64,000 nt of DNA from a virus (taxonomy: Duplodnaviria; Caudoviricetes), in the IMG/VR virus record IMGVR_UViG_2936413993_000002, positions 1-64,000 of that record; one strand, given 5' to 3'. The stretch's first letter is position 1. Each line of letters starts with the position of its first letter. Below are positions 61,065 to 64,000 of this stretch, piece after piece. Under the pieces are notes generated by a model. That model was given only the letters and a program-made list of their open reading frames with translations, ran no database searches and was not told where the DNA came from. The position numbers and the translations under genes are program-made.

Positions 61065-61856
61065 ATGGATTTAACTATTGTAGAACAAAATAATCAATTA
61101 TTAGTGGATAGTCGTGAAGTTGCAGAAATGGTTGAAATAGAACATAAAGAATTGTTGCGTAAAATTGAAGGTACTGAAAATGGTAAATATATAGGGTACA
61201 TACCTACTTTAACTAAGGGGAAAATTCCCCCTAGTGACTTTTTTATTAAAAGTAATTATATAGATAGAACAGGAAGGAACGCAAAACACTATCTGTTAAC
61301 CAAGAAGGGTTGCGATATGGTAGCAAATAAATTAACTGGTGAAAAGGGGATATTATTCACCGCTACATACGTAACCAAGTTTGAAGAAATGGAAAATAAA
61401 TTAAAACATGTTACATTACACTCTTACATGATTGAAGATCCAATTGCCCGTGCTGAAAAGTGGATTGAGGAGCAGAAGGAGAGGAAACGTATTGAAACTC
61501 AGAAGCTGATGTTAGAACAGCAAGTTAAAGAGTATGAACCTAAAGTAACTTATTATGATGAGATTCTTAAATCTAAAACTGCTATGACAATTACTCAAAT
61601 TGCTAAAGATTACGGAATGTCAGGTAAAGCAATGAATCAATTATTACATAAAGAGAAAGTACAATACAAACAAAGTGGTCAATGGTTATTATATAGTAAT
61701 CATCAAGATAAAGGGTACACTAAGTCAGATACTCACTTAGATAAGAAAGGAAATGCGCATATGAATACTAAATGGACACAGAAGGGTAGATTATTCATTT
61801 ATGATTTATTAAAGCGTAAAGATGTTTTACCTGTCATGGAACAGAATGAAAAATAA
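61065..61856 (+). CDS. Phage antirepressor (Rha N-terminal plus KilAC/ANT domain)
   Basis: VDSREVAEMV, LTKKGCDMVANKLTGEKG, ITQIAKDYGMS, TKWTQKGRLFI. Confidence 0.9.
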   Translation: MDLTIVEQNNQLLVDSREVAEMVEIEHKELLRKIEGTENGKYIGYIPTLTKGKIPPSDFFIKSNYIDRTGRNAKHYLLTKKGCDMVANKLTGEKGILFTATYVTKFEEMENKLKHVTLHSYMIEDPIARAEKWIEEQKERKRIETQKLMLEQQVKEYEPKVTYYDEILKSKTAMTITQIAKDYGMSGKAMNQLLHKEKVQYKQSGQWLLYSNHQDKGYTKSDTHLDKKGNAHMNTKWTQKGRLFIYDLLKRKDVLPVMEQNEK

Positions 61857-61936
61857 ATTTAACATACTAAAGTGAAACAAAACGGAATACATAATAATTT
61901 ACAATTAATACCATAAATTACATAGCATATTACAGT

Positions 61937-61968
61937 TAGGTGGTTCAGTTGATGAGCTGCCTATTTTT
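61937..61968 (+). terminator. Intrinsic terminator
   Basis: TAGGTGGTTCA...TGAGCTGCCTA plus T-tract. Confidence 0.7.
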
Positions 61969-62099
61969 TATGGAGAAAAGCGAAAATGGATAAGGTAGAA
62001 ATATGGAGTAAATTAGAGATAAATGGAGTATAATGGTTGTTTTATGATAGAAATACTGTGTGAATATAATATTTGGTAAAATTTAAGGTTATATGGTAG

Positions 62100-62420
62100 G
62101 TGGAAAATAGGGTGATTGAAATAGTGTAAAATAAGCCCCCGATAGAGGTGTATCGTTGATAGGGTAAATACGAGGGTGAAAAGTGGGATGAAACGTTGAT
62201 ATATAAAGGTTTGTGAGGTGTTTTCTATATGTAAATTAGTGATTATCGAGGTGGAGTATCGTTCAGCCCTTATGTACCAAGGTATTGAGCCACTTTTAGG
62301 GTGAAAATGAGTGAAATTATGAAAATGTGAGGTTAGAGAAAGTCAATGATACCAAGGGTTCTATCGACATGTTCCGATAGACTTTCCGATAGAAATAGGG
62401 TGAAAATGAGTTAAAATGGA
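62100..62420. repeat. Non-coding region with short direct repeats
   Basis: AGGGTGAAAATGAGT at 62298 and 62397 (partial at 62109, 62173); CCGATAGA at 62139, 62374, 62386. Confidence 0.6.
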
Positions 62421-62903
62421 AAAATAAGTATGGTGTGTGGATGGAAGTGTTAGGGGGATTTTACCAGGTAATAAATGGGTTAAAAATGTAAACTATGCCC
62501 CCTCTTTATTACCATTTATTAGTAGAAAATAGCCTATTTTTACTCGAAAAACCCAATAGAATAACCATTCCATCGGGATAAAGGAAATAAATGTAAGTTA
62601 AATTTGATCAATTCAACAGCTATTATGCACGCATGAAAAGGTTATTGATTGGTAAAGTTTGTAAAATTTTAAATTTGAAAATGATATAAATTCTAGATTG
62701 ATAGTTACTTTTTACACCGTCGCCCGATAACCGTTCCGCACGAATCTATGTGTTATACTTATAATAGAACAGAATATATTCACCTTATATAATTAAATTG
62801 TACGCAATATAGTTTATCACTATCATATCATCCATTTGTACTATACATAATCATTAATACAAATAATACAACAAAAATAAATCAATTTATTTATATTTAA
62901 TCA

Positions 62904-62932
62904 TTTACATATGTAAACAAATATAGTATAAT
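62904..62932 (+). promoter_or_regulatory. Sigma-A promoter of the yonT-like locus
   Basis: TTTACA-17-TATAAT. Confidence 0.65.
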
Positions 62933-62955
62933 ATAATTAAGGAGGTGAGATATGG

Positions 62956-63165
62956 TTGTGGTATGAGAAACTGTTTTACATTATCACTCTCATAGGTGCT
63001 ACATTCTACACAATAGAAAAGTTTGCTAATCTTATACAAAAGATACTAAACATCATAGCTACATACGAATCATTAATCACACGTATCAAAGGTATGAGAA
63101 AGCAACCAAAGAAACATAAGCCACCTAAGAGAAAAAGAAAACCTTCTCCACATAGAAGAAGGTAG
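62956..63165 (+). CDS. YonT-like type I toxin
   Basis: N-terminal TM and very basic C-terminus (KKHKPPKRKRKPSPHRRR); AAGGAGGTG RBS. Confidence 0.65.
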   Translation: MWYEKLFYIITLIGATFYTIEKFANLIQKILNIIATYESLITRIKGMRKQPKKHKPPKRKRKPSPHRRR

Positions 63166-63210
63166 GTTACCGACAAGGGAAGAAGTTTAGCGACAGATTC
63201 CCTTGTTAAT
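63130..63210 (-). ncRNA. SR6-like antisense antitoxin RNA overlapping the toxin 3' end
   Basis: Minus-strand TTGCAT-17-(TG)TATATA promoter (63245-63217); ACAAGGGAA/TTCCCTTGT hairpin; ACCTTCT/AGAAGGT terminator with U-tract. Confidence 0.55.
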
Positions 63211-63239
63211 AAATAATATATACCACAACTCAAATCAAT

Positions 63240-63413
63240 ATGCAAATATTCAAATCAGATTATTTATTCCTAATTGTCTTGATCATTTATTGGATCACTC
63301 GCTTTGTATCTGATACATCACTAGGCACATTCCAAACTGCAGCAGACATCATCATAGGCATAGGGACATTATTAGTAATCCTTTCTATTATCAAAAAGAA
63401 GGTGTCTAAATGA
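63240..63413 (+). CDS. 57-aa two-TM protein, YoyJ-like position (not in ORF track)
   Basis: MQIFKSDYLFLIVLIIYWITRF...IIIGIGTLLVILSIIKKKVSK; weak RBS. Confidence 0.5.
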   Translation: MQIFKSDYLFLIVLIIYWITRFVSDTSLGTFQTAADIIIGIGTLLVILSIIKKKVSK

Positions 63414-63445
63414 GCCTTCTTATCCCTTGTTAAAGAGGTGAAACC

Positions 63446-63682
63446 ATGTATACATTTAACAGTAAAGAAGAGTTAATAAAGTTTATTCAAACAGAAATAG
63501 TCAATACAAAAGAAGCTACTGAAATATTGAACACAACTAGACAAAATGTAAAAAGATTAGTTGATAGCGATATACTTATACCTATTAAAGTTATGGATAG
63601 GGATAGACTATTCTTTAAAGAAGATGTCCTTAAACGTAAAGAACATACAAAAGGGAAGTATAAACATAAGGATGTGAAATAA
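63446..63682 (+). CDS. Small HTH (excisionase-like) DNA-binding protein
   Basis: 'VNTKEATEILNTTRQNVKRLV...LIPIK...RLFFKEDV'. Confidence 0.7.
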   Translation: MYTFNSKEELIKFIQTEIVNTKEATEILNTTRQNVKRLVDSDILIPIKVMDRDRLFFKEDVLKRKEHTKGKYKHKDVK

Positions 63683-63801
63683 TTCATATCCTTTAGATAA
63701 TATTTTAAATATAAATAAATTACTTATATACATATACTTAATTATATGTTATAATAAGTATATAAGGTAATAACAAATCAAACTTAAAGGGGATCATTAA
63801 A

Positions 63802-64000
63802 ATGAACAACAAACAAACTCTAGTATTCAATCAATATGAAGTAACTGAACTATCAACTAATGAATGGAATAGAGATATCACTAAACATATGGTAGCATAC
63901 AAACAACTTAAAGATGCTGAGGTTATCACTGAAGAACAACTAAACAATCTAATTGATTCTGGTTGCTACTTTTGGATCAAAGTTGTAAATAACAATCCTT
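63802..64000 (+). CDS. Hypothetical protein, truncated by the window end
   Basis: AAAGGGG RBS, ATG at 63802, open to the end; TGTTATAAT extended -10 upstream. Confidence 0.55.
   Translation, partial: MNNKQTLVFNQYEVTELSTNEWNRDITKHMVAYKQLKDAEVITEEQLNNLIDSGCYFWIKVVNNNP

Larger units (their letters stand above)
1..64000. mobile_element. SPbeta-like temperate phage/prophage (lysis, tail, head, packaging, YonO RNAP and early modules); extends beyond both ends of the window
   Basis: Contiguous minus-strand morphogenesis cluster (terminase-portal-protease-capsid-tail-tape measure-Dit-Tal-spike-lysin) in the SPbeta yom/yon order, plus a YonO-type RNAP. Confidence 0.95.

Noticed and set aside
61980-62520. 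CRISPR array
   Set aside because: Repeats are short, irregularly spaced and not separated by uniform spacers; no cas genes
1007-63687. The many 60-127 aa ORFs antisense to or nested in long genes (e.g. 5178-5546, 12852-13211, 22982-23314, 54419-54802, 63006-63245)
   Set aside because: Shadow ORFs of real genes, without RBS or recognisable motifs

Overview
The whole window is part of a large, AT-rich SPbeta-like temperate siphovirus of a Bacillaceae host. No host genes, rRNA, tRNA or CRISPR were seen. From left to right it holds: a GIY-YIG gene; lysis genes; an accessory block of acyltransferase, esterase and beta-helix genes; tail spike, tail hub and distal tail genes; the tape measure gene; a moron hotspot next to a tyrosine recombinase; neck, head and packaging genes; phoH; a YonO-type single-subunit RNA polymerase; a TubR/TubZ partition module; a membrane-protein/ATPase module; a UvrD helicase; a Rha antirepressor; a long non-coding repeat region; and a yonT/SR6-like type I toxin-antitoxin locus. 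The strongest observation is that the tape measure gene is not a pseudogene: it is split by three ORF-less group I introns (26259-26569, 25886-26122, 25353-25662), and removing them gives one 1987-aa frame. Also notable are an orphan PemK/MazF-fold toxin followed by a separately promoted, repeat-structured ncRNA, and an 18-bp operator-like motif at several promoters. SPbeta (yom/yon) similarities come from recalled sequences and gene order, not from a database search.
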